Shown here: piece by piece, positions 37,514 through 48,605 of the stretch
Position numbering within the stretch: the stretch's first letter is position 1
How the letters are laid out: every line of letters starts with the position of its first letter
Assembly: GCA_051294375.1 (NCBI GenBank)
Contig: CM119263.1
Location: 27,925,027-27,973,631, forward strand
Source of the DNA: Paraspadella gotoi
Taxonomy: Eukaryota > Animalia > Chaetognatha
DNA length: 48,605 bases
Direction of reading: 5' to 3'
The notes under the pieces: generated by a model
What the model was told of the DNA's origin: nothing
Databases searched by the model: none
Seen by the model: only the letters and a program-made list of their open reading frames with translations
Translations under genes and position numbers: made by a program

Positions 37514-38468
37514 ATTTTTTTTCTTTCCTTCTTTCTTTCTTTCAGTAATCGTCTGTTTCCCCCAGGCTAATTAGTTAATCACTTTGTTGCTTTTCCTTCT
37601 AGACTTTTTTCCCTTCCCTCCTTCTTTTAATTACCCTCCCCCCGTGCTCTTGTAGTCTTTCAAACATTCTACTTCTCTCTTCTCTTTTTCTCTCTCTTTT
37701 TTCTTTTCTTTTTTCCTCTCTTTTGTTTTCTACTTTGCATCTCCGCCTGGGATCTTTCCTTTTATTCACTTTAACTTTTTTCTTCTTTTCTTTCATTTTT
37801 TTTCCTTCTTTCTATCGGCTCTGCATCCGATCGCTTAGCTTGCCCTTTTTTTCACTTTCTTTTTTTTTTCTTCTGTTTTTTCTTTCTCTTTCTTTCTCTT
37901 CTCTTCTTTCCGATGAATCATCTCGAGTCCATCTTCACATTTCCTGTTCCTCTTTTCCTTTTTCTTTCTTTCTTTTTTTTCTTTTTTCTTTTATTTGTTT
38001 ATCGATTGATGGAGTCAACAAGAAAAAACAAAATTTCTCAGTTTCTCTCAGCTTGATTCCTTTTTTAAAATTTTTGTTGAAAAAGGACAAGTTCTTTCAT
38101 TAAGTGAACAAATAAGCTAAAAATTTGCGAAGATAACAAATTTGATGATCTAAGGAAATGGATCATAGTGATAATCTTCATCTTAATCCGACATGAGCTG
38201 GTTGTAGATTTCACCGCACTAAAGGTGAAACTTGGTCTTTTTCAAGAAAAATGTATCAATCCACAATCGTTTCTTCTCAATTCAATTCGATTCAATTCAA
38301 TTCAATTCCATTCCATAATAGTTTCTTCTCAAGAACCCTTCGCTTCCATCGCAATTTGCAAACTCTGTTGGCACAAAACCTTTTGAGTTTGGAGAAAAGA
38401 CAATTTAAAACCAGGAGTCAGTTTCGATTCATCTAACTCCATTAATCTACAGCAAAAGACGATTAAGT

Positions 38469-38501
<33 letters not shown>

Positions 38502-41500
38502 NNNNNNNNNNNNNNNNNNNNNNNNNNNNNNNNNNNNNNNNNNNNNNNNNNNNNNNNNNNNNNNNNNNNNNNNNNNNNNNNNNNNNNNNNNNNNNNNNNN
38601 NNNNNNNNNNNNNNNNNNNNNNNNNNNNNNNNNNNNNNNNNNNNNNNNNNNNNNNNNNNNNTCTCTCTCTCTCTCTCTCTCTTTCTCTTTCTCTTTCTCT
38701 CACTCTCTATCTGCGCCGAAACCAAACAGGGACTGAGACTCATCCTGTAAAAGTCACGAAGGCGATGGAACGACGCGACGTGGTCAAACGTCATGAGAGA
38801 TATAGGAGGCATGGAATGGCATGGGAGTGGGGCAGTGTAGAGACAAAGAATGGTGGAGAATGAGACGTGGCACAATAAGAGGGAAGTTAGGGAATATGAA
38901 CCTTCGGACCCTGAGAAATGACGTCATCTGGAAATCCGATATCCCAGAGAGAGAAANNNNNNNNNNNNNNNNNNNNNNNNNNNNNNNNNNNNNNNNNNNN
39001 NNNNNNNNNNNNNNNNNNNNNNNNNNNNNNNNNNNNNNNNNNNNNNNNNNNNNNNNNNNNNNNNNNNNNNNNNNNNNNNNNNNNNNNNNNNNNNNNNNNN
39101 NNNNNNNNNNNNNNNNNNNNNNNNNNNNNNNNNNNNNNNNNNNNNNNNNNNNNNNNNNNNNNNNNNNNNNNNNNNNNNNNNNNNNNNNNNNNNNNNNNAT
39201 CGCAAAATAATGTTATTCTCTTTTGCGCTTGTCTTTGCCCGACCCTGCCGTGGGGAATATACGATATAGCCGTCATCGTGGCTTGGCACTATTGGTATAT
39301 TTAAGCTGTTAAGTTGACCAAATAAAACTTAATGTAACATTTATATAGTTGAGATTATTGCAAAATGCAGATAGCATCGTCGGCATTCTCTTGAAGCATA
39401 TTGGCTCAAAACGTAGTCTAACGCGCTATGCAGTCAAACACGCTACGCAGTCAGACCAACGCCGTGTCGTCAACTCCAACTCTCGAGGTCGCGTCAAAGG
39501 TCACCGGTTCCATTTGCGGTTCCATTCCAGTGACATCCGGGCTTTTTTTTTGGCGTCGTGAGCGACCGACTCTTCCATTCGACAACCGGGTCGATTTTAT
39601 CGACATCTCGGGACATTTAGGGTCGACTTTTTGCGGCATTTGGGTCTCGTTTTTGCGGCATTTGGGTCACATTACTGTGGGCCGCTTTTTGGGTCCACTT
39701 TCTATGGGAAGACTTTTGCAGAGGAAAGAGAAAAAGGAAAAAAAGGGAAAAAAATGTGGACCAAATCTTCTGTTTGTTGTTGTTATTCTTCTCTTTTTTC
39801 GTAGTCGTCTTTTTCATCCTCATTGTCGTCGTCGTCGTCGTCGTCGTCGTCGTTCGGGTTTTCCAGTTCGTTTTTCTCATTTGCATTCGACCGATTTTCT
39901 CTCTTTGTTTGTTTTGCTTTTTGTTTGTTTACTTTTTCCGCAGATTTGAAGCGACGTCTTTTGTTGACGACGGGAATTTCCTCGCTTTTCATTCCATTCG
40001 TTTTTCTCTCTCGAAGGGAGATGAAAATTTAGGAGCATTTCTGAGAAATCCGAGGGCAGGATTAAAANNNNNNNNNNNNNNNNNNNNNNNNNNNNNNNNN
40101 NNNNNNNNNNNNNNNNNNNNNNNNNNNNNNNNNNNNNNNNNNNNNNNNNNNNNNNNNNNNNNNNNNNNNNNNNNNNNNNNNNNNNNNNNNNNNNNNNNNN
40201 NNNNNNNNNNNNNNNNNNNNNNNNNNNNNNNNNNNNNNNNNNNNNNNNNNNNNNNNNNNNNNNNNNNNNNNNNNNNNNNNNNNNNNNNNNNNNNNNNNNN
40301 NNNNNNNNNNNNNNNNNNNNNNNNNNNNNNNNNNNNNNNNNNNNNNNNNNNNNNNNNNNNNNNNNNNNNNNNNNNNNNNNNNNNNNNNNNNNNNNNNNNN
40401 NNNNNNNNNNNNNNNNNNNNNNNNNNNNNNNNNNNNNNNNNNNNNNNNNNNNNNNNNNNNNNNNNNNNNNNNNNNNNNNNNNNNNNNNNNNNNNNNNNNN
40501 NNNNNNNNNNNNNNNNNNNNNNNNNNNNNNNNNNNNNNNNNNNNNNNNNNNNNNNNNNNNNNNNNNNNNNNNNNNNNNNNNNNNNNNNNNNNNNNNNNNN
40601 NNNNNNNNNNNNNNNNNNNNNNNNNNNNNNNNNNNNNNNNNNNNNNNNNNNNNNNNNNNNNNNNNNNNNNNNNNNNNNNNNNNNNNNNNNNNNNNNNNNN
40701 NNNNNNNNNNNNNNNNNNNNNNNNNNNNNNNNNNNNNNNNNNNNNNNNNNNNNNNNNNNNNNNNNNNNNNNNNNNNNNNNNNNNNNNNNNNNNNNNNNNN
40801 NNNNNNNNNNNNNNNNNNNNNNNNNNNNNNNNNNNNNNNNNNNNNNNNNNNNNNNNNNNNNNNNNNNNNNNNNNNNNNNNNNNNNNNNNNNNNNNNNNNN
40901 NNNNNNNNNNNNNNNNNNNNNNNNNNNNNNNNNNNNNNNNNNNNNNNNNNNNNNNNNNNNNNNNNNNNNNNNNNNNNNNNNNNNNNNNNNNNNNNNNNNN
41001 NNNNNNNNNNNNNNNNNNNTTGTTAAATATAATTATTTAACTATTACAGAACTATTACCAGTGCAGTATTTAGAAAAATGTCAAAAAATTTATGATCTTG
41101 AATAAAGCAAAATAGTTTTAGATACGTTGTTAAAAATAAACATTTTTCAGCTCACTACGTTTGTTTTTCCAGTAATCAGTTGTCTTTTTGGCGCCTGAAT
41201 AGAAATAATCTCGATAGGGACATTTTAAATTTTATTAATTATCATACGAAAAAAAAGTTTAATGATTTGTAATTTTCGAAGCAGATTTTTCGACCTAAAA
41301 AGACCTAAATACTGTAATATGCAAACTAGAATTAAGGAACCTTTACGATAAGATCTCAAAAAAGACAGAGAATCTTTGACCCTCTGACCAAGTAAACTTT
41401 TGACCTCTAAACGTCAGGATCCTTTGATCTCTCGACCCTTGAACTCTTAACTTCTCATCCATCTGACCCGAAGTCATTCTAAAAAAAAATAGGTTCGACT

Positions 41501-41578
41501 CTTTTTGATGTTTTGTTCTTTTTTCTTCCAACTTTCTTTTCTCTTGTGTTCCTGCGAAGGTCCTGTACTTCCCAAATT

Positions 41579-41610
<32 letters not shown>

Positions 41611-42008
41611 TATATTTTTTCCTTCTTTCTTCACCTTTCCTTTTTTCCCTCCATATTCCACTCTTTTTTCTTTTCTCTTTCCCTCCCTTTTCCTTTCTTA
41701 CCTTCCTCCTTTTTTTTTCTTTTTCCCACTCCTCACCTTTTTCCATTTTTTTTTTTCTCCCTTCTCTTTTTTCTCCTCCTTCCTCTATATCTCCTCGATT
41801 CTTCTCCTTCCTCCCATGCCTTTCCTTTCTCCTCCTCCCATTTTCCTTCTTCTTCCCTTTCCTGCCCCTTTCCCCGATCCAATTTTCCCGCTCTTCTTTT
41901 CCGTCCTCCGCCATTTTCTCCTTTTCCCTCCCTTATCTCAACATCCACTTGGGTCCTTTCGCGCCTCTAGCGATTTGAAACTTCGCTCCGTCCATTGAAT
42001 CTCGCTCC

Positions 42009-45000
42009 TCTTTTTTTATACCTATACCCTGCCTCCTTTTCCGCCTCTTCTTTGCTGCTAATCCCTCCCTCCGTTCCCCCAATTTCTCCTCTCTCTCCTT
42101 GCCTCTTCTTCTCTCACACAACTTCAAACGTTTTTTTTTGTTTTTTCTGTTTCTCCTTTCACACTTTTTCCGCTCTCTCTCTCTCTCTCTCCCTCTTCTC
42201 TCCTCTCTTTCTCTCTCTTTCCCTCCTGTCTCCATCTCCTCTCTCTTCTCTCTCTCTCTTCTCTCCCCTCTCTCTCTACTCTCTCTCTCTTCTGTCTCCC
42301 TCTGTAGACTTTCAGTCACCTTATTCTCCGCGTTTTTCTCTTCTTTTCCTTGAGTTTGGGCAGATTCCTTGTCACGCAATTCCTATATTTGTCAAATCTC
42401 TTTCTACACGTTTTTCCACATTTCAGAATTGCAAATAATTCGTTTCCTATGTACATTATCTGCCAATCACTTTTGATACTCCAAAATCACCACGAGCATT
42501 ATTCCTCTACAATTTCTGCTCCCTATTATTATTCTTTTCCCTCCCCTTCTTTCCCTCAACCATTTACTCTCCGCCCCAATCCAATCGGCCTTCCAATCAA
42601 CCAAAACAAGCAATTAAACTTCGGCCGATAAAAGGGGATCGGCGAATCGCGCGATCGCATTGGGCGTTTTTCTCGGCGTTTTGAAAACGAAACGACAATT
42701 CTTATGTGTCGCGATTTTCAAATAGCGCAAGACTTGCTTAATCGATTTCGTGGCAGAGAGAGAGAGAGAGAGAGTGAGACCTGAGACGTTGAGAGAACTG
42801 ACAGAGACAGAGAGAGGAGAATAAGAGAGAGCAGAAGACGAGAGACTGAGATAGACCGAGAAGAGAAAGAGAGACGAGGAGACACTACAATTTGTCGCTC
42901 GCTTAATATTCACTCCCATGAGGACCACTCAGAGTGTTCAAACGCGGTTAACTAATGTTGTCGTTGGTTTATGGATGGCGCCGTCACTGACAGAGGACGG
43001 ACGTGTGAAAAAGACTGAACGGAGAGAGACGCGGATCGGAGAGACGAGAGAGGATAGACGAGAAGAGAAGGAGAGGAGCTTCGACATTTAAGGAGTGAGA
43101 ACAAGGTTTCACGAATTTTTAAGCTTATCGATTTTCCAAGGGCAGTCTCGGAACCTTCTTCTTCCTCATCTCCTTCTCTTTTCTTTTTTTTCTCCCTTTC
43201 TTTCCTTTTCTCCCCTCTCACTTTCCTCTCTCCCTCCTGCCTCTTTTTAGACCTCCCTTTCCTCGCCTCTAAGCGTCCCTGGAGAGAGACAAGGTCCTCA
43301 GCGCTACTTATAACGTGGAAAATCGCGCTTTGGAATTAGGGCCTGACCGTGAGAGAGAGAAAGAACGACCGAGAGAGCAAGAAATGGAGATGAGACGGAG
43401 AGAGAGAGAGGAGAGACAGAGAGAGGGAAAGAGACGAGAGACGACGATGAGAGAGAGAGAAGAACTGTGAGGAATCTTCCTGACGTTTCTTTCGCGTGCT
43501 ATCGCGGATCAGTGCCATCTGTGTCAACTTGCGCCAGCGTCGTAGCGGCGGCTCTTTTTTTCATCTGAAGACTGCCCGGCGCTCAAAATTTCCCCCTTAC
43601 GGCGCCGGCGCATCGTCCGTCCCGGCGTCGTCCTTCCGTCACATCAGCGCCACTATTTTTACTGCAAACATTTTTTTATCCCGGACGCCGACGTACAAAA
43701 AGCGGCTACGACATATCATCTTGATTTAGAATCATTCGACACGGGTAAAGACGAGCAGAGGAAAAGATGAAGAGAAGAGAGGATAAACGAGATCGACTAG
43801 AGAGAGATCGAAGATCGAAGAGAGAGAGAGAAAGATGGAGAAGAGAGAGAGATGAGAGAGAGACAGAGAGAGAGAGAGAAAGAACGCTGGGCCGAATGCA
43901 AAGTTAGCGCCGAGGATGCCGATGAATTAGTCGCAATTTTAATGTCGAAACCAAACAAAAACATCAGGACAAAGCGAGAATTGCCTGTTGGAAAGCCAAT
44001 GGGCGCCTCGATGCGGCAGAGGGGTTAAGGAGGCAATGGGTCCTGAGAGTAATGGAGGCAGAATGTTTAGAGACTAGAAAGAAGATTAAACAGAAGAAGG
44101 AGAAATAGCAAAGAGAGATAGCGCAAGAGAGATAGCGAAAAGGTCNNNNNNNNNNNNNNNNNNNNNNNNNCGCCGATCGCCGGTCGCCTTTATCGGCCGA
44201 AGTTTAATTGCTTGATTTGGTGATTGGAGGCCGATTGATTGGCAGATAAAATGGTGAGGGAAGAAGGGAGGGGGAGAATAGGAGCAGAAATTGTAGAGGA
44301 AATAATACTCGTGGTGATTTGAGTATAAAGTGATTGGCAGATAATAGTAATGAGGAAAATTATTTAAATGTGAAAAAGTGTTCTTTTTTTATACCTATAC
44401 CCTGCCTCCTTTTCCGCCTCTTCTTTGCTGCTAATCCCTCCCTCCGTTCCCCCAATTTCTCCTCTCTCTCCTTGCCTCTTCTTCTCTCACACAACTTCAA
44501 ACGTTTTTTTTTGTTTTTTCTGTTTCTCCTTTCACACTTTTTCCGCTCTCTCTCTCTCTCTCTCCCTCTTCTCTCCTCTCTTTCTCTCTCTTTCCCTCCT
44601 GTCTCCATCTCCTCTCTCTTCTCTCTCTCTCTTCTCTCCCCTCTCTCTCTACTCTCTCTCTCTTCTGTCTCCCTCTGTAGACTTTCAGTCACCTTATTCT
44701 CCGCGTTTTTCTCTTCTTTTCCTTGAGTTTGGGCAGATTCCTTGTCACGCAATTCCTATATTTGTCAAATCTCTTTCTACACGTTTTTCCACATTTCAGA
44801 ATTGCAAATAATTCGTTTCCTATGTACATTATCTGCCAATCACTTTTGATACTCCAAAATCACCACGAGCATTATTCCTCTACAATTTCTGCTCCCTATT
44901 ATTATTCTTTTCCCTCCCCTTCTTTCCCTCAACCATTTACTCTCCGCCCCAATCCAATCGGCCTTCCAATCAACCAAAACAAGCAATTAAACTTCGGCCG

Positions 45001-46518
45001 ATAAAAGGGGATCGGCGAATCGCGCGATCGCATTGGGCGTTTTTCTCGGCGTTTTGAAAACGAAACGACAATTCTTATGTGTCGCGATTTTCAAATAGCG
45101 CAAGACTTGCTTAATCGATTTCGTGGCAGAGAGAGAGAGAGAGAGAGTGAGACCTGAGACGTTGAGAGAACTGACAGAGACAGAGAGAGGAGAATAAGAG
45201 AGAGCAGAAGACGAGAGACTGAGATAGACCGAGAAGAGAAAGAGAGACGAGGAGACACTACAATTTGTCGCTCGCTTAATATTCACTCCCATGAGGACCA
45301 CTCAGAGTGTTCAAACGCGGTTAACTAATGTTGTCGTTGGTTTATGGATGGCGCCGTCACTGACAGAGGACGGACGTGTGAAAAAGACTGAACGGAGAGA
45401 GACGCGGATCGGAGAGACGAGAGAGGATAGACGAGAAGAGAAGGAGAGGAGCTTCGACATTTAAGGAGTGAGAACAAGGTTTCACGAATTTTTAAGCTTA
45501 TCGATTTTCCAAGGGCAGTCTCGGAACCTTCTTCTTCCTCATCTCCTTCTCTTTTCTTTTTTTTCTCCCTTTCTTTCCTTTTCTCCCCTCTCACTTTCCT
45601 CTCTCCCTCCTGCCTCTTTTTAGACCTCCCTTTCCTCGCCTCTAAGCGTCCCTGGAGAGAGACAAGGTCCTCAGCGCTACTTATAACGTGGAAAATCGCG
45701 CTTTGGAATTAGGGCCTGACCGTGAGAGAGAGAAAGAACGACCGAGAGAGCAAGAAATGGAGATGAGACGGAGAGAGAGAGAGGAGAGACAGAGAGAGGG
45801 AAAGAGACGAGAGACGACGATGAGAGAGAGAGAAGAACTGTGAGGAATCTTCCTGACGTTTCTTTCGCGTGCTATCGCGGATCAGTGCCATCTGTGTCAA
45901 CTTGCGCCAGCGTCGTAGCGGCGGCTCTTTTTTTCATCTGAAGACTGCCCGGCGCTCAAAATTTCCCCCTTACGGCGCCGGCGCATCGTCCGTCCCGGCG
46001 TCGTCCTTCCGTCACATCAGCGCCACTATTTTTACTGCAAACATTTTTTTATCCCGGACGCCGACGTACAAAAAGCGGCTACGACATATCATCTTGATTT
46101 AGAATCATTCGACACGGGTAAAGACGAGCAGAGGAAAAGATGAAGAGAAGAGAGGATAAACGAGATCGACTAGAGAGAGATCGAAGATCGAAGAGAGAGA
46201 GAGAAAGATGGAGAAGAGAGAGAGATGAGAGAGAGACAGAGAGAGAGAGAGAAAGAACGCTGGGCCGAATGCAAAGTTAGCGCCGAGGATGCCGATGAAT
46301 TAGTCGCAATTTTAATGTCGAAACCAAACAAAAACATCAGGACAAAGCGAGAATTGCCTGTTGGAAAGCCAATGGGCGCCTCGATGCGGCAGAGGGGTTA
46401 AGGAGGCAATGGGTCCTGAGAGTAATGGAGGCAGAATGTTTAGAGACTAGAAAGAAGATTAAACAGAAGAAGGAGAAATAGCAAAGAGAGATAGCGCAAG
46501 AGAGATAGCGAAAAGGTC
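42009..46518. repeat. Apparently exact 2137-bp direct duplication (42009-44145 and 44382-46518, offset 2373)
   Basis: Five ORF-track entries recur identically at +2373. The spacer is a 25-N gap plus a noisy inverted copy (44171-44380) of ~42420-42650. Confidence 0.97.
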
Positions 46519-46539
46519 AAGAAAGAAAGGAAAAGATAC

Positions 46540-47210
46540 CAAGGAAAGAAAAGAAAAGAAAGAAAAAGATATAAGAAGAAAGAAAGACAAATACAAGAGA
46601 AAAGAAAGAATTTAGGGAACGTACAGGACCTTCGCAGGAACACAAGAGGAAAAACGAAAGTTGGATAAGAAAAAAGAACCAAAACATAACAAAAGAGTCG
46701 AACCTAGTTTTTTTTAGAATGACTTCGGGTCAAATGGATGCAGAAGTTAAGAGTTCAAGAGGCTCGCAGAATCAAAGGCATCCTGACGTTAGAGGTCAAA
46801 AGTTTTACTTTGGTCAGAGGGTCAAAGATTCTCTGCTTCTTTTTTGAGATCTATTCGTAAAGGTTCCTTAATTTCTCAGTGTTGCCATAATACAGTATTT
46901 AGCCGTCTTTTTACGAGTCTTGAAAAATCATGCTTCGAAAATTACAAATCATCTTAAACTATTTTTTCGTAGGGTAATTAATAAAATTTAAAAGTCCCTA
47001 TCTGACGATTATTTCTATTCAGGCGCCCAAAAAGGACAACTGATTACTCGGAAACAAACCGTAGTGCAGCTAGAAAAAATGTTTATTTTTAACAACGTAT
47101 CTAAAACTATTTTTTCTTTATTCAAGATCATACAATTTTTTTGCATTTTTCTAAATTACTGCACTGGTAATAGTTCTGTAATACGTTAATAAACTTAATA
47201 TTTACACAAC
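46540..47210. repeat. Inverted duplicate of ~41020-41620
   Basis: For example TTACAGAACTATTACCAGTGCAGTA at ~41044 is the reverse complement of ~47157-47181. Confidence 0.9.
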
Positions 47211-48126
47211 TACATATTTTTTTTAATCTTTATATTCTTGTCCCTTTTTGCGGTTCTTCTTCCCTGTTTCCCCCATAGGCCGCAATTTTTAACTGCGTCA
47301 ATATATTATCGAGGCAACTGTTTTATGAAATCGATACAAACCACATAATAAAAAATCAACCAGTTCATTTCTAAATCGAGCTCATCCTTGGTGGTTACTA
47401 GGTCTCCTCCATCACCCTTAATAAGACCAACATCGATCACAATGAGTATGCAAGTCAGCAACTGCCCACGGTACTTCATAATGATATTAACTGCTTCCCT
47501 GCAAGCTTTCAATCAAGATAGGTCTCGGTTATTCACTCCCAGAGCGACCTCGCTTCCCTATCGAGGAAGTGCTTTACGTTTCAAAGAATGTTTTCAATTG
47601 TCACCGAAGTATTATTCTTTGTCGCTGATTTTTTCATGCCCATATCAAGCTATCCGGCCTGTGAAAATTAGTCAATAAAGAGAGGAATTAAAAGAAGAAT
47701 AGCATAATCATTGTTAACACTGACAAAATTGCGCGATGGCCGTCGAGTTAGACGCCGAAGTTGGCGTGGCATCCACACCAAACAAATAAAGGAAGAGCAT
47801 TCGAAAACTTGAAACCCTCGAGGCGAATAGTTGAAGAGATGAGATGAGAGATGAGGAGAGATGAGAGAGAGAGAGAGAGAAGAGAGACGAGAGAGAGAGA
47901 GACTCGGTCAGAGAGAGAGAGAGAGAGAGTTCGAATTACGGATGACGTCACGCGGGAAAACGCGTTACGTTCGGAAACGGGCGACCGATGGGGCTTGCGT
48001 CAGCGTTACGTCGCGAAAAGGGGAGGAAGGCGTTTTCATTGATTGGACAACAAAATGTATCAGATTTTAGCCCCGTTCGTTGTGTGTGTTGTGTCGGGCC
48101 ANNNNNNNNNNNNNNNNNNNNNNNNN

Positions 48127-48470
48127 AGGAGCGAGAATCAATGGAGGACGAGATTCAAATTAGCGAACAAGAAAAGGGAGGGAAAAGGAGAATAAGGCGG
48201 AGGAGGAAGAAGAGCGGAAAAATTGATGGGAAAGGGGGAGGAAGGAGAAGAAGGAAAATGGGAGGAAGGAGAAGAAGGAAAATGGGAGGAAGGAGAAAAG
48301 GAAAATAGAGGAAGGAGAAAAAAGAGAAGGGAGAAAAAAATGGAAAAGGTGAGGAGTGGGAAAAAGAAACGGGGAGGAAGGTAAAAAAGGAAAAGGGAGG
48401 AAAGAGAAAAAGAAAAAGAGTGGAAGGAAAAAAGGAAAGTGAAGAAAGAAGAAAAAACTGTAAAGAAGTC
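48127..48470. repeat. Inverted duplicate of ~41590-42008
   Basis: GGAGCGAGA-TCAATGGA after the 25-N gap matches the reverse complement of TCCATTGAATCTCGCTCC at 41991-42008, and the purine tract continues the match. Confidence 0.85.
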
Positions 48471-48605
48471 AAAAAAAGGAAGAAATCAACAAAGGGGGAG
48501 ATTTAACAAAAATAAGGAGAAGTACTAAAAAGAAAAAGAAGTTGTTAGAAAGAAAGAGAGAAAGTAAAAGATAAAAGAAAAGAAACGCTTTAATGATTGA
48601 ATAAA

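Larger units (their letters stand above)
8407..48126. other. Assembly gaps (13 N-runs within this span)
   Basis: N-runs at 8407-8565, 9629-10162, 13499-13901, 21629-21653, 21964-22128, 35706-35730, 36188-36397, 36789-37481, 38502-38661, 38957-39198, 40068-41019, 44146-44170 and 48102-48126. Confidence 0.98.

Noticed and set aside
39756-41105. Long ORFs spanning N-runs (also 9317-10276, 13283-14210, 36754-37570)
   Set aside because: They are open only because N codons contain no stops.
42009-46518. Direct repeat as the LTR pair of a retroelement or a recent gene duplication
   Set aside because: It has no TG..CA ends, PBS or internal coding region. The copies appear identical even across microsatellites and are separated by a 25-N gap, which points to an assembly duplicate.

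Overview
Microsatellite-rich eukaryotic DNA, probably from an invertebrate animal, in a draft assembly with 13 N-gaps. Almost all ORFs in the supplied track are simple-repeat or N artefacts. The real coding signal is on the minus strand near the window start: two homologous but strongly diverged exons (2462-2639 and 1611-1779). Each encodes the N-terminal half of an NCAM/Fasciclin-2-type first Ig domain, and both have the same intron phases (1 to 2). Joining them gives an immediate stop codon, so they look like mutually exclusive variable cassettes, a Dscam-like arrangement in what appears to be a non-Dscam adhesion gene. Associated signals are a candidate third, damaged cassette (9253-9396), an 18-nt in-frame microexon (587-604) and a switchable hairpin over one splice donor. 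The upstream DNA also holds two arrays of CTCF-like motifs and a ~270-nt hairpin-dense segment. The middle of the window contains an indel-riddled Ty3/Gypsy pol region (minus strand) and two head-to-head Tx1/L1-like LINE fragments. From ~17 kb onward much of the sequence is inverted or tandem duplication abutting 25-N gaps, most likely long-read gap-filling artefact. All family assignments come from manual motif reading, not database searches.
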